NCBI GenBank assembly: GCA_024405635.1
Contig: JAKSOL010000006.1
Coordinates: 46,136-110,135, forward strand
DNA length: 64,000 bases
Direction of reading: 5' to 3'
From: Salinivirgaceae bacterium
GTDB taxonomy: Bacteria; Bacteroidota; Bacteroidia; Bacteroidales; SZUA-534
Positions within the stretch are counted from its first letter, which is position 1, and every line of letters begins with the position of its first letter. Shown piece after piece: positions 7,786 to 18,450 of this stretch. Below the pieces are notes generated by a model that saw nothing but the letters and a program-made list of their open reading frames with translations, made no database searches and had not been told where the DNA came from. The translations under genes were made by a program, and so were the position numbers.

Positions 7786-10500
7786 TTATTTGCTCAAAGC
7801 GGCAATTTGGTCGGCAATAGCCTTCAATTTTGCCTCAGCATCGGCTTGTTTTTTGCGTTCGTTGTTTACAACAGCTTCAGGTGCTCCGCTTACAAATTTC
7901 TCGTTCGATAGTTTTTTCAATACCGAAGCAAGAAATTGTTCGTAATACTCTTTGTCTTTTGCAAGTTTAGCAAGTTCGGCTTCAACATCAACGTTGCTAG
8001 TGTTTAATGGAATGTAGAATTCGCTTGTCTTAACCATAAACACAGCAGCGGTAGCATCTTTTTCTTTTGCAGGTTCAATGCTATCGATGTTTGCCATTTT
8101 GCAAACCACACTGTTAAATGTAGCGTTGTAACCTTTGTCGGCCGCGTTTACTTTAAGCGACAAAGTTTCTTTCATGGCAATGTTTTTCGATTTACGAACG
8201 TTGCGAATTTCAGTAATTAGTTGTTCGGCATCTTCAAATGCAGTTAGGTAATCGGCATCGAATTTGCCAGCAACTGGCCACGACGAAACAACCAAACTAT
8301 CTTCAACCTTGCGGTCGGTAATGGTTTGCCAAATTTCTTCGGTAATAAATGGCATAAATGGATGCAACAACTTGAGTAGTTTTTCAAAAATCTCAATAGC
8401 TGCGTCGTAAGTTGTTTTGTCGCAAGCAGTTTGGTAAGATGGTTTAATAATCTCAAGGAACCACGATGAAAAATCGTCCCAAACAAGGCGATAAACAGTC
8501 ATAAGAGCCTCTGACAAGCGGAACTTGTCAAAGTGGTCGTTAAGTTGTTCAATGGTTGCGCTCAATTTTTGGTTAAACCATTCAATTGCTATGCGCGACG
8601 ATTCTGGTTGTGCCAATTTGTCGTCAACGTCCCAGTTATAAATCAAACGGAAGGCGTTCCAAAGTTTGCTAGCAAAGTTGCGGCCTTGCTCGCAAAGGCT
8701 TTCGTCAAACAAGATATCGTTTCCTGCTGGAGCCGATAGCATCATACCCATACGAACACCGTCAGCGCCAAAGTCGGCAATCAATTTTAGTGGGTCAGGC
8801 GAGTTTCCAAGCGATTTGCTCATTTTGCGACCAAGTTTATCGCGAACAATACCAGTAAAGTAAACGTTTCTGAATGGTATTTGTTTTTGATATTCGCAAC
8901 CAGCCATAATCATTCGAGCTACCCAGAAGAAAATAATATCGGGACCAGTTACAAGGTCTGATGTAGGGTAGTAGTAGCTAATTTCTTTGTTACCTGGGTT
9001 GTTAATTCCATCAAATAGCGAAACTGGCCACAACCACGACGAGAACCAAGTATCAAGAGCATCTTCGTCGCGATGAAGTTGGTCGGCTGTAATGTTTTCG
9101 CCATACTTAGCTTTTGCTTTTGCTAGTGCATCTTCTTCAGTAAGTGCAACAACAAAGCACTCTTCGTCACCTTCGGCACCGTCGATAAAGTAAGCTGGTA
9201 TGCGATGTCCCCACCAAAGTTGACGAGAGATACACCAGTCTTGAATATTCTCAAGCCAGTTTTTGTATGTTGTTACATACTTATTAGGATAGAATTTTAA
9301 CTCGCCTGAAAGTACTGGAGGAAGAGCAATGTCGGCCATGTGTTGCATTGCAAGGAACCATTGTTTGCAAAGACGAGGTTCAACGGCCGTGTCTTGGTTA
9401 CGTTCAGAATAGCCAACCTTGTTGTCGTAATCTTCAATGTGGTCCATAAGGCCAGCAGTTTGAAGGTCAACTGCAATTTGTTTACGAACATCCATACGGT
9501 CTTGGCCTACGTACATGCCTGCAGCCTCTGAAATTGTTCCGTCTGGGTTAAAGATGTCGATAGTCTCAAGATTGTGAGTTTTACCTAAGTTGTAGTCGTT
9601 TACGTCGTGGGCTGGAGTTACCTTTAAGCAGCCTGTACCAAATTCAATATCAACGTAACGGTCTTCAATAACAGGAATAACACGACCTACTAATGGAACG
9701 ATTACTTTGTGCCCGCGCAACCAGTGATTTTTAGGGTCTTTAGGGTTGATACACATAGCTGTATCGCCCATAATTGTTTCGGGACGAGTTGTAGCAACAA
9801 CTGCAAAATAGCCTTTTTCGTCTTTGTGGAAAACTTCGCCCTCTTCGTCAGTAAGAACAACTGGGTTTGTTTCGGCATCGGCAACGTAATATTTCAAGTG
9901 ATAGAGCTTTGATTTCTCTTCACGATAAATAACCTCTTCGGTTGAAAGTACGGTTTGTGCTTTTGGGTCCCAGTTTACCATGCGCAGACCGCGATAGATG
10001 TAACCTTTTTCGTAAAGGTCAACAAATACCTTAAGCACAGATTCGGAGCGAATGTCGTCCATTGTGAAAGCTGTACGATCCCAGTCGCATGAAGCACCAA
10101 GTTTTCGAAGTTGTTTCAAAATGATGCCACCATGCTCGTTGGTCCAATCCCAAGCGTGTTTCAGGAACTCTTCGCGAGTAAGGTCGGTTTTCTTAATACC
10201 TTGTTGTGCAAGTTTGTTTACAACCTTTGCCTCAGTTGCAATTGAAGCGTGGTCGGTTCCGGGTACCCAACACGCATTTTTGCCATCAAGGCGTGCCTTA
10301 CGTATAAGGATATCTTGAATTGTATTGTTAAGCATGTGACCCATGTGTAGCACACCAGTAACATTTGGTGGGGGAATAACCACTGTGTATGGTTTACGGC
10401 TATCGGGTTCGGAGTGGAAAAATTTGTTGTCCAACCAAAATTGATACCACTTTTCTTCAGCGGCGGTTGGGTTGTACTTTGCTTCTAACTCTTTTTTCAT
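7786..10500 (-). CDS. valS: Valine--tRNA ligase
   Basis: PPPNVTGVLHMGH (HIGH), KMSKS, DWCISRQLWWGHRIP, C-terminal coiled coil. Confidence 0.98.
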   Translation of the reverse strand: MKKELEAKYNPTAAEEKWYQFWLDNKFFHSEPDSRKPYTVVIPPPNVTGVLHMGHMLNNTIQDILIRKARLDGKNACWVPGTDHASIATEAKVVNKLAQQGIKKTDLTREEFLKHAWDWTNEHGGIILKQLRKLGASCDWDRTAFTMDDIRSESVLKVFVDLYEKGYIYRGLRMVNWDPKAQTVLSTEEVIYREEKSKLYHLKYYVADAETNPVVLTDEEGEVFHKDEKGYFAVVATTRPETIMGDTAMCINPKDPKNHWLRGHKVIVPLVGRVIPVIEDRYVDIEFGTGCLKVTPAHDVNDYNLGKTHNLETIDIFNPDGTISEAAGMYVGQDRMDVRKQIAVDLQTAGLMDHIEDYDNKVGYSERNQDTAVEPRLCKQWFLAMQHMADIALPPVLSGELKFYPNKYVTTYKNWLENIQDWCISRQLWWGHRIPAYFIDGAEGDEECFVVALTEEDALAKAKAKYGENITADQLHRDEDALDTWFSSWLWPVSLFDGINNPGNKEISYYYPTSDLVTGPDIIFFWVARMIMAGCEYQKQIPFRNVYFTGIVRDKLGRKMSKSLGNSPDPLKLIADFGADGVRMGMMLSAPAGNDILFDESLCEQGRNFASKLWNAFRLIYNWDVDDKLAQPESSRIAIEWFNQKLSATIEQLNDHFDKFRLSEALMTVYRLVWDDFSSWFLEIIKPSYQTACDKTTYDAAIEIFEKLLKLLHPFMPFITEEIWQTITDRKVEDSLVVSSWPVAGKFDADYLTAFEDAEQLITEIRNVRKSKNIAMKETLSLKVNAADKGYNATFNSVVCKMANIDSIEPAKEKDATAAVFMVKTSEFYIPLNTSNVDVEAELAKLAKDKEYYEQFLASVLKKLSNEKFVSGAPEAVVNNERKKQADAEAKLKAIADQIAALSK

Positions 10501-10522
10501 TCTAGAATATTTTTGAGAGTTG

Positions 10523-10530
10523 CAAAGGTA
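10523..10530 (-). promoter_or_regulatory. Bacteroidetes sigma-A -7 box for valS
   Basis: TACCTTTG matches TAnnTTTG, about 22 nt upstream of the ATG. Confidence 0.6.
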
Positions 10531-10628
10531 GAAAAATCAATTTGGAATTATTCGTTTGTGCATTTATAAACACAAAAAAGGGTAGAACAATTGTGCCTAC
10601 CCATAGATTTTTATGCTTAAAACAAGAT

Positions 10629-11516
10629 TTACTTAATTCGGTCTTTAGTGTAGTTGATTTTTACGCCTCTATCTTCAACTACTAAATTTAAGTTGCTAAT
10701 AACCGATTTAGGTTCATATTGTCCGTTCATAATGCCAAGACAAATTTCGCCCACGTCTTTCACTCGTTTTGGTGTTTCGATGTTGTCGCCATCATTATGT
10801 CCAGGGAAAAGATGTGTAATGCCGTATCTTTCAATTAGCAAATTCATGCGGTGGCACGTTGCAATTTCAGTTGATAGATTAGTGAATACAAGCAAATTGG
10901 TAGAACCAAAGGCATCGGCACTGAACCCATATTTTGCTTCGCGGTCAATAAACGAAGTTGAGCCGGGTGTATGTCCTGGGGTAAATACAATGTCGATATT
11001 ACGGTTGCCAAGTTTAATTTCTTCGCCATCGTTCATAAAGTGGATTTTGCCTTTGTACGATTCTGCAAATTTTGGAAACATAGCCAAGTCGGCTGAGTTT
11101 ATCCAAAGTTCGTCCCATTCGTTTATAGCCGAACCTGCGTGGTCGCTATGCAAATGACTCAAGTATAGTTTAACGGGCTTGTTGTGAACCAATTCTTCAG
11201 CAATTTTTCTCAAACCTGGCATTCTAACACCTGCGTCAATCAGCATTGCACAATTGTTACCTTCAATAAGATAAACCGACTCGTTGAAACAAAGATTTCC
11301 AAATCCATGCCAAGTGTGTTGGTCGATGCTTTGAATGGTTATGTTTTCGTTTTCTAACACTCGGTTTAAAGAAATTGACTTTTGTTGCTCAATGCTTTGA
11401 GTGGTTGTGTCTTCTTTGCTATTGACGTTTGAATCAACTGTTTTTGTGTGGCTTTTTGTGCATGATGTAGCAATCAATAAAAGAGCTGTGGTTACTGATA
11501 GAAGGGTATTTTTCAT
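10629..11516 (-). CDS. MBL-fold metallo-hydrolase, predicted lipoprotein
   Basis: HLHSDHAG, TPGHTPGS, PGH; signal peptide ending LIATS-C. Confidence 0.85.
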   Translation of the reverse strand: MKNTLLSVTTALLLIATSCTKSHTKTVDSNVNSKEDTTTQSIEQQKSISLNRVLENENITIQSIDQHTWHGFGNLCFNESVYLIEGNNCAMLIDAGVRMPGLRKIAEELVHNKPVKLYLSHLHSDHAGSAINEWDELWINSADLAMFPKFAESYKGKIHFMNDGEEIKLGNRNIDIVFTPGHTPGSTSFIDREAKYGFSADAFGSTNLLVFTNLSTEIATCHRMNLLIERYGITHLFPGHNDGDNIETPKRVKDVGEICLGIMNGQYEPKSVISNLNLVVEDRGVKINYTKDRIK

Positions 11517-11575
11517 TGGTTATGTTTTTTAGTTTGATAAAGGTAATAATTCTGTGTTAGAATATTTGGTGGTAT

Positions 11576-11610
11576 AAAAAAAGCGTTGCTCAACAAATGG
11601 GCAACGCTTT
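11576..11610 (-). terminator. Terminator of the rseC-rnf operon
   Basis: AAAGCGTTGC...GCAACGCTTT stem with a T-run on the minus strand. Confidence 0.8.
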
Positions 11611-11651
11611 AGTTTATTGTTAAAAACAAGAGATAAACTCTTGCTTTTTAA

Positions 11652-12227
11652 TTATTTAACCAATCCTGAGAATCCCATAAAGGCCATGGCTAAAATGCCT
11701 GCAGTTACAAGCGAAATAGGAAAACCTTGCATAGATTTTGGAGTGTCGCTAAGGTTAATTTGTTCGCGTATGCCAGCAAACAATACCAAAGCAAAGCCAA
11801 AACCAACTGCATTTGAAATGGCAAACACAACGCTTTGAAGCAAGTTGTAGTCTTTTTGAATAACCAACAAAGCAACGCCCAAGATGCAGCAGTTGGTGGT
11901 TATAAGAGGCAAGAATACACCCAAAGCTTGATATAACGATGGCGACACTTTTTTTAGCACAATCTCAACCATTTGCACCAAAGCAGCAATAATCAAAATA
12001 AATGTAATGGTGCGTAGGTAATCGATGTGGAGTGGGGCAAGTACGTAAGTTTGAACCAAGTAAGTTACAATGGTTGCAATGGTTAGCACAAATGCAACAG
12101 CACCCGACATGCCAAGTGCAGTGTCAACCTTTTTTGATACTCCCAAAAATGGGCAGATTCCAAGGAATTGCGACAGTACGATGTTATTTACAAAAACTGC
12201 AGCTACAAATATCAATATGTATTCCAT
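11652..12227 (-). CDS. rnfA: Rnf electron transport complex subunit A
   Basis: NNIVLSQFLGICPFLG, LITTNCCILG. Confidence 0.95.
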   Translation of the reverse strand: MEYILIFVAAVFVNNIVLSQFLGICPFLGVSKKVDTALGMSGAVAFVLTIATIVTYLVQTYVLAPLHIDYLRTITFILIIAALVQMVEIVLKKVSPSLYQALGVFLPLITTNCCILGVALLVIQKDYNLLQSVVFAISNAVGFGFALVLFAGIREQINLSDTPKSMQGFPISLVTAGILAMAFMGFSGLVK

Positions 12228-12240
12228 AATTGTCGGAGGT

Positions 12241-12828
12241 TTAAGATTTACGTAGTTTGTTAACAGCGGCTATTAGGAACCCAAGCACAATAAATGCTCC
12301 AGGTGCCAACACAAATACTAGCATTCCATACGATTCAGGATAGATAGACAATCCGAACATGTGACCAGTGCCAAGCAATTCGCGCACACAACCAATCATT
12401 GTTAGCGCAATGGTAAAACCAAGTCCCATGCCCAATCCGTCAAACAACGATGGAACAATGCCGTTTTTAGCAGCAAATGCCTCGGCACGACCAAGCACAA
12501 TGCAGTTAACCACAATAAGTGGAATAAACAATCCTAAACTAGCGTATAGAGCAGGAATATATGCTTGCATTACCATTTCAACCATTGTTACAAACGATGC
12601 TATAATAACAATGTAAGCAGGAATGTGAACCTTGTCTGGAATAAGGTTACGCAATAACGATATAACTACGTTTGAGCATATAAGCACAAATGTTGTGGCT
12701 AAGCCCATACTCATACCATTTATAGCCGACGATGTTGTTCCCAAAGTAGGGCACATGCCCAAAAGCAGGGCAAATGTCGGATTCTCTTTTATAATTCCGT
12801 TCAGCAGAACTTTCACGTTGTTATTCAT
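12241..12828 (-). CDS. rnfE: Rnf subunit E
   Basis: LLLGMCPTLGTT, IPLIVVNCIVLGRAE. Confidence 0.95.
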   Translation of the reverse strand: MNNNVKVLLNGIIKENPTFALLLGMCPTLGTTSSAINGMSMGLATTFVLICSNVVISLLRNLIPDKVHIPAYIVIIASFVTMVEMVMQAYIPALYASLGLFIPLIVVNCIVLGRAEAFAAKNGIVPSLFDGLGMGLGFTIALTMIGCVRELLGTGHMFGLSIYPESYGMLVFVLAPGAFIVLGFLIAAVNKLRKS

Positions 12829-12830
12829 TG

Positions 12831-13505
12831 CTATAGCCCTCCATTTGTTGTGGCGCCAGAGTTGGCGTCGGTGTTAGTAGGTTGTGGTTTGTCGTTTGCT
12901 GCAGCGTATGCGGCGTATGCAACACGAACCGATTCCAAAAATGCTCGTGAACTTATGGTTGATGCTGTTATGGCATCAATGTCGCCACCATCTTTGCTTA
13001 CGGTCATGTTTACTTCGGCTGGGTTTTTACCAATAATTGAACTATTCTTTTCAATTGTTTTTACCTCATAGCCAAAGATGGTTTCAAGTAAACTTTTTGT
13101 TTTTTCGCCTTGTGGTTTGAACCATGTAACCATTTGAGTTCCAAGTCCTGGTGTTTCTTTTTGTTCCAAAACTGAATAACCTGTAATAATGCCTTGTGCA
13201 TCAAAACCCACCATAACTTTTATTTCGCCACCAAAACCATTTGCCGATTTTGACTCAACAGCTGCACCAACAAATTCGCCGCCTTTGTAGGCTTTGTTTA
13301 TGTTTAAACCATTTGCTTCTTCAGCTTTAATTTCGTCAAAATCAGAAATAACTGCCTTTATAGCCTCTTGTTGTTTAGCTGCTTTCGATTGCTCAATTGG
13401 TCCGCTAGTTATGTTGTTCAGAATTGCCAATAGCCCAGCAGCCACCACCGCTATCACCGATAGCGACACTACCATGTTTTTAAATGATGATTCTAACTTA
13501 GCCAT
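12831..13505 (-). CDS. rnfG: Rnf subunit G (FMN-binding)
   Basis: N-terminal TM anchor, ETPGLG, DAITASTISS FMNylation motif. Confidence 0.93.
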   Translation of the reverse strand: MAKLESSFKNMVVSLSVIAVVAAGLLAILNNITSGPIEQSKAAKQQEAIKAVISDFDEIKAEEANGLNINKAYKGGEFVGAAVESKSANGFGGEIKVMVGFDAQGIITGYSVLEQKETPGLGTQMVTWFKPQGEKTKSLLETIFGYEVKTIEKNSSIIGKNPAEVNMTVSKDGGDIDAITASTISSRAFLESVRVAYAAYAAANDKPQPTNTDANSGATTNGGL

Positions 13506-14464
13506 TATTTTACCTCCCCGAATCTTTTTGGTTTAATATATGTATTGATGAGTGGTGTTACGGCATTCATAATCAAAATGGCAAAACTCATACCCTCTGG
13601 ATATGCTCCAAAGTTGCGGATTACAACTGTAATTACTGCAATGCCTATTGCATAAACCACACAACCCATTTTGCTCATTGGCGATGTAACATAGTCAGTT
13701 GCCATAAAAATAGCACCAAGCATTAAACCTCCTGAAAGCAAGTGAGTTACAGGGCTTGCAAAGTCGGCTGGCGATGCAGCAAACAAAATGCCTTGAAAAA
13801 CAAACACTGTAGCAAAAATAGTTACAGGTATGTGCCATGTAATAACCTTACGATAAAGCAAGAATGCAAAGCCCAACAACAATGCAACTGCTGATACTTC
13901 GCCAAGCGAACCTCCCATATTACCAAGCAATAGGTCAATGTCGGTTGGAACTGTGCCAAAGTGATTTTTAATCATTGCTAGGGTAGTGGCTCCAGTTTCG
14001 CCATCGATGTATTTGGTTGCAAATCCCATTGGTTTTGGCCATGTGGTCATTTGTACTGGGAACGACAACAACAAGAACACACGTCCAACCAATGCAGGGT
14101 TGAATGGGTTTTGTCCCAATCCGCCAAACGACATTTTACCAATAACAATTGCCACAAACGCACCAACAATAACAATGCCTATTGGCAAGTTTGCTGGTAG
14201 GTTAAATGCAAGCAACAAACCTGTTAAAATGGCCGAGCAATCAGCAATAGTTGATTTCTTTTTAAGGAAGAAACGTGTAATCAGGTACTCAAATGCCAAG
14301 CAACTGATAACCGATGTGAGAGTTACGATAATTGCGCCCAAACCAAAGTGGATTACAGAAACCACCAAAGCGGGGATCAATGCTATGATTACCGATAGCA
14401 TCAATTCTTGAGTTGTCACCTCACTGCGTACGTGTGGCGACGGAGATACTACTAAACTGTTCAT
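13505..14464 (-). CDS. rnfD: Rnf subunit D
   Basis: SPSPH, FGGLGQNPFNPALVGR, GETGATTL, FMATDYVTSP. Confidence 0.95.
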   Translation of the reverse strand: MNSLVVSPSPHVRSEVTTQELMLSVIIALIPALVVSVIHFGLGAIIVTLTSVISCLAFEYLITRFFLKKKSTIADCSAILTGLLLAFNLPANLPIGIVIVGAFVAIVIGKMSFGGLGQNPFNPALVGRVFLLLSFPVQMTTWPKPMGFATKYIDGETGATTLAMIKNHFGTVPTDIDLLLGNMGGSLGEVSAVALLLGFAFLLYRKVITWHIPVTIFATVFVFQGILFAASPADFASPVTHLLSGGLMLGAIFMATDYVTSPMSKMGCVVYAIGIAVITVVIRNFGAYPEGMSFAILIMNAVTPLINTYIKPKRFGEVK

Positions 14465-15792
14465 TGTTTTCTTGATCTGATTATTTTACCAACAGTGTTT
14501 TTTCCAAGTCTAATATAGTCGAGCAATGGCCTATTTGCGGGGCATGTAAACAAGCACGAACCGCATTCAATGCAGTCCATTACGTGGTTTTGTTCTTCCT
14601 CGTCCCACATTTGCTTTTGGCTATATAGCGATAGCAAATAAGGTTCAAGTCCCATTGGACAAGCCTCAATGCACTTGCCGCAACGTACGCATGCCGATGC
14701 TTCTGGTCTAACCGACTCTTCTTTGCTCATAAGCAATAGTCCCGATGTACCTTTAGTTATAGTAGAATCGAGATTGCTCATTGCTTTACCCATCATAGGG
14801 CCTCCACTTATCACTTTACCAGTTAATTCTAAATTGCCACCAGCAGCAGCAATTAGTTCGCTAACAGGAGTTCCGATGCGTGCCAAGAAGTTTGTGGGGT
14901 TGGCTACTGTTTTACCTGTAACGGTTACAACACGCTCTATAAGTGGTTTGTTTTTTTGTACGGCTTCGTAAACTGCAAATGCAGTACCAACGTTTTGCAC
15001 CACTGCATTCACATCAATTGGCAAACGTCCCGATGGAACTTCGCGGCCTGTAACAGCGTTAATAAGTTGTTTTTCGCCGCCTTGTGGATATTTAAGTTTT
15101 AGTGGTACAATTTCAATTTCTGGAGAGTTGGCTGTTGCTTTTTGTAGCTTTTCAATTGCATCTGGCTTGTTGTTTTCAACACCAATAAATGCTTTGTTTA
15201 CGTTGATGGCTTTCATTAAAATGCGAACACCAACTAGCAACTCTTCGGTTTTTTCAAGCATTAAACGATGGTCGGCAGTCAAATATGGCTCGCACTCCAC
15301 GCCATTAATTATCAAGAATTCTGCTTTTTTACCCTCAGGTATTGCTAATTTAACGTGAGCAGGAAAAGTTGCACCGCCCATACCAACAATACCAGCATCT
15401 TTAATTTTGCCAATAATTGTAGCAGCGTCGTCTTTAATTTCGGTTACAAGTGTGGCAGAACGGTCAATTGTTTCAATCCACTCGTCGCCTTCAACGGTGA
15501 TGTGAACGGCTGGTTTTTTAAATCCTGCAACGTCAATAGTATCTTCAACTTTTAATACTGTACCCGAAACAGGAGAGTGAATGTTGGCCGATACAAAGCC
15601 TGTTGCTGTACCAATCAGTTGACCAACTTTTACCACATCGCCTTTAGCTACTGCGGCTGTTGCAGGGGCGCCAATGTGTTGTCCAAGTGGCACAATGGCA
15701 ACTTTGGGCAAGTTGGCTGTTTGTATTGGATTTTGTGCAGAGAGTTTGTTTGCCTCTGGATGCACACCTCCTTTGTTAAATGTTTTTAGCAT
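14461..15792 (-). CDS. rnfC: Rnf subunit C
   Basis: GIVGMGGATFPAHVK, NGVECEPYLTAD, two CxxCxxCxxxCP ferredoxin motifs. Confidence 0.95.
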   Translation of the reverse strand: MLKTFNKGGVHPEANKLSAQNPIQTANLPKVAIVPLGQHIGAPATAAVAKGDVVKVGQLIGTATGFVSANIHSPVSGTVLKVEDTIDVAGFKKPAVHITVEGDEWIETIDRSATLVTEIKDDAATIIGKIKDAGIVGMGGATFPAHVKLAIPEGKKAEFLIINGVECEPYLTADHRLMLEKTEELLVGVRILMKAINVNKAFIGVENNKPDAIEKLQKATANSPEIEIVPLKLKYPQGGEKQLINAVTGREVPSGRLPIDVNAVVQNVGTAFAVYEAVQKNKPLIERVVTVTGKTVANPTNFLARIGTPVSELIAAAGGNLELTGKVISGGPMMGKAMSNLDSTITKGTSGLLLMSKEESVRPEASACVRCGKCIEACPMGLEPYLLSLYSQKQMWDEEEQNHVMDCIECGSCLFTCPANRPLLDYIRLGKNTVGKIIRSRKQ

Positions 15793-15803
15793 AGGTAATG
15801 TAT

Positions 15804-16730
15804 TTATGCGTTTGTGTTATCTGTTTTTGATTGCTCCGAAACCTCTACTTTTGGAGCCTCAGCGGTTGCTATTTTAGGTTCAGCAGGGGTTGCAGCTGGC
15901 TTTGGAGGCAATGGAGGGAAGTTTGGCGTGTGAATTGCGCCAGTTGGGCACTCTGCAGCGCACTTGCGGCATAAACGGCATTTGTTGTAGTCGATGTATG
16001 CAACATTGTTTTCAATAGTAATTGCCTCAAATGCACAAACTTTAGCACATTTACCGCAACCAATGCAGGCCGCTGTACAAGCTTTGCGAGCCACAGCTCC
16101 TTTGTCTTTGTTTACACACGATACAAATATGCGGCGGTCTTTAGGTCCTTTGTTGCGAATTTCAATAACGCCTTTTGGACAAGAGCGTGCACAAGCGCCA
16201 CATCCACCACATTTGTCTTGATCAACTTCAGGTAGTCCTGTTTCGTTGTTGATGCTTATTGCTCCCCAATTGCATGCAGCAACGCAATCGCCACAACCAA
16301 GACAACCATACGAACATCCTGTTTCGCCAGCAAATAAAGTTGCTGCAAAAGCACACGATTGAGCACCATCGTACTTGCTTGTTTTTGGTCGGTTTTGGCA
16401 TGTACCATTGCAACGTACAACAGCAATTTTTGGCGCTGCTGCCTTTATTTCTTGACCAAGCACTACACCAATTTGTTGCATTACTTCGTTGCTTGATACA
16501 GGACATCTTAAACCTTCGATGTTAGGAGCAGTAACCAATGCTGTGGCTAATCCTCTACAACCGGGAAATCCACAACCTCCACAATTTGCTCCGGGAAGCA
16601 TCTCTACAATTTGGTCGATGCGGGGGTCTTCTTCAACCTTAAATTTTTGAGCTACTATGTATAGCACCACTGCTAATACCAAACCCAAAACGCCAAGTGC
16701 AATAACACTGTACAAAACAATTTCGTTCAT
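15804..16730 (-). CDS. rnfB: Rnf subunit B (polyferredoxin)
   Basis: LPGANCGGCGFPGC and several 4Fe-4S motifs. Confidence 0.95.
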   Translation of the reverse strand: MNEIVLYSVIALGVLGLVLAVVLYIVAQKFKVEEDPRIDQIVEMLPGANCGGCGFPGCRGLATALVTAPNIEGLRCPVSSNEVMQQIGVVLGQEIKAAAPKIAVVRCNGTCQNRPKTSKYDGAQSCAFAATLFAGETGCSYGCLGCGDCVAACNWGAISINNETGLPEVDQDKCGGCGACARSCPKGVIEIRNKGPKDRRIFVSCVNKDKGAVARKACTAACIGCGKCAKVCAFEAITIENNVAYIDYNKCRLCRKCAAECPTGAIHTPNFPPLPPKPAATPAEPKIATAEAPKVEVSEQSKTDNTNA

Positions 16731-16734
16731 TTTG

Positions 16735-17148
16735 CTATTCTTTAATTATAAAAACGAATTTATTATTCAGTTTGTGGCGGAACATATACAGAACCGCATA
16801 ATAGGGTATTAGTATCAAAATTGATACCAATCCGCTTTGCAACTCGCTAAAACAGCATTGCAAGCATACAATTAACGTAATTACAACTAAAACAAACGGC
16901 ACTATATAAGCCAATGCTATTGCGCTGTTTGCCATTGCTTTGCTGCCCGATACTAACACTCGTTGACCAACAGTGTATGTGCGTCCATTGGTTTGCGCAA
17001 CAACTTGTTTTTCTGCTTTTTCCGACGATAGGCACATGTCTTTTGAATGGCATGCAGAACAAGCACTACTGCACTCAATTTGTACAGTTACGGTGTTACC
17101 GTTACTTGAAATAATTGTGCCGCTTTTTGAGAAATCGGTTGTGCCCAT
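16735..17148 (-). CDS. rseC: SoxR-reducing system RseC family protein
   Basis: SACSACHSKDMC motif, two C-terminal TM helices, first gene of the rnf operon. Confidence 0.85.
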   Translation of the reverse strand: MGTTDFSKSGTIISSNGNTVTVQIECSSACSACHSKDMCLSSEKAEKQVVAQTNGRTYTVGQRVLVSGSKAMANSAIALAYIVPFVLVVITLIVCLQCCFSELQSGLVSILILIPYYAVLYMFRHKLNNKFVFIIKE

Positions 17149-17370
17149 TAATTGTAATTATTCGTTGGCGAAAGTAAGAAAAATAGGTAATTGGAAATAA
17201 GTATTGTGCTTGTAGTTATGAGCAATAAATAACAATTGATGATTACTGAGCGAAAAGTGTTGCTTTAAATGAATATTGTTTTGACCCCAAACACAATATA
17301 TGATTAAAGGTGGAATAGGGAATGAGCAATAAAAAAATCCAGCTGAATATTATTTCAACTGGATTTGCTT

Positions 17371-17457
17371 TGGTGCCCAGAACAAGACTCGAACTTGCAC
17401 GAACTAATGTTCACCACCCCCTCAAAGTGGCGCGTCTACCAATTTCGCCATCTGGGC
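17371..17457 (-). tRNA. tRNA-Leu(GAG)
   Basis: Acceptor GCCCAGA...TCTGGGC-A-CCA; anticodon arm CCACT-TTGAGGG-GGTGG; long variable arm; T-loop GTTCGAGTC. Confidence 0.95.
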
Positions 17458-17465
17458 TTATGATG

Positions 17466-17549
17466 TGCCTAAAACAGGACTCGAACCTGCACGTTCTTGC
17501 AAACGCTAGTCCCTGAAACTAGTGCGTCTACCTATTCCGCCATTTAGGC
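17466..17549 (-). tRNA. tRNA-Leu(CAG)
   Basis: Acceptor GCCTAAA...TTTAGGC-A; anticodon arm CTAGT-TTCAGGG-ACTAG; long variable arm; CCA not fully encoded. Confidence 0.95.
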
Positions 17550-17559
17550 AACGGGTGCG

Positions 17560-17567
17560 CAAAAGTA
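17560..17567 (-). promoter_or_regulatory. -7 box of the tRNA-Leu pair
   Basis: TACTTTTG lies 10 nt upstream of the first tRNA. Confidence 0.65.
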
Positions 17568-17744
17568 AATAATTATTGAAACAAACAAGCACATTATTAA
17601 TGTGTGGTACTTTTTATTTGTCTCGTTAACATTATTAATCTATCCGTATTAGTGTAAATCGTAAGGTATAACGCCATCAAGAGCGTCGCATGCCAATGCA
17701 AGTGTTTTCAATCCAAAAATTATGACTGCGAGCAAAAGACTCAA

Positions 17745-17966
17745 TTATTTTTTCTGTGAGTACATTGGATGAGTTTGCAGCAATTCTTCGTTCCTCTTCA
17801 TCTGTTCTAAATCATCTTTCCGCGATATAGGTTGCTGCCGTAATTTTTCTATTGCAGCCAAACAACTCTCGCTTCTCTTTTTGTGTTCCTCGTTCAAATA
17901 TACTGGTTCGTAACCAAGAAGATGAGCAAATCGATATGCCATATTTGTATATTTTTTCTGTTTCAT
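17745..17966 (-). CDS. Small hypothetical protein (73 aa)
   Basis: ORF in an otherwise gene-poor kilobase; no recognisable motif. Confidence 0.4.
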   Translation of the reverse strand: MKQKKYTNMAYRFAHLLGYEPVYLNEEHKKRSESCLAAIEKLRQQPISRKDDLEQMKRNEELLQTHPMYSQKK

Positions 17967-18288
17967 GCAAAATTACATCAATATTCTTCATTAAAACAAT
18001 CTCCATTATTATTCTAATTCTTAACTAATTTACTGAAAATTTTTCGGATTAGCAAGACTAAAATGTTGTTTGTTAGCGCTTTTTTCCAACCAAACGGAAG
18101 TGTGCCATCGTTGTTAGCTTAAATGTAGTTTACGACCTTAACATTAAGGCCTGCTCTCGTTTCTGCTTCGGTACAGTAATAAACATTTTCGTTGCCACGT
18201 AGGCTGAAATATTGATTAACGCCTCGCTATCTAGGCGTTGCTGTTTTGCCCTCAATGCAGTTGTTTCAGCGTTGAACATTAAATCTGA

Positions 18289-18450
18289 TTAGCGCGGATA
18301 GACGTATTCAACATTTGCGTTGTTTTCTGCATTGTAACGATCAATAATACGGCGTGTTTCCTCGTCGCTCAGTATGCGAACTATGCGTATTGCATCAGCA
18401 ATATACCAGTCCATTTTGTCGTCTTGCGCTGCTTTTTATTGCGTAACAAA
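18289..18450 (-). pseudogene. Degraded gene fragment, possibly phage or mobile-element derived
   Basis: The frame EFVTQ*KAAQDDKMDWYIADAIRIVRILSDEETRRII...YPR* has an internal stop. The W-IA...RILSDEE pattern looks protein-like. Confidence 0.3.

Noticed and set aside
12831-13505. Extra ~15-20 aa segment in RnfG (KPQGEKTKSLLETIFGYEVKTIEK)
   Set aside because: Probably a variable surface loop. The FMN motif and operon are intact and there is no sign of an intein or insertion element.
17812-18006. 64-aa minus-strand ORF overlapping 17745..17966
   Set aside because: It is an alternative frame of the same short segment, and I cannot tell whether it reflects a frameshifted gene. Not called separately.
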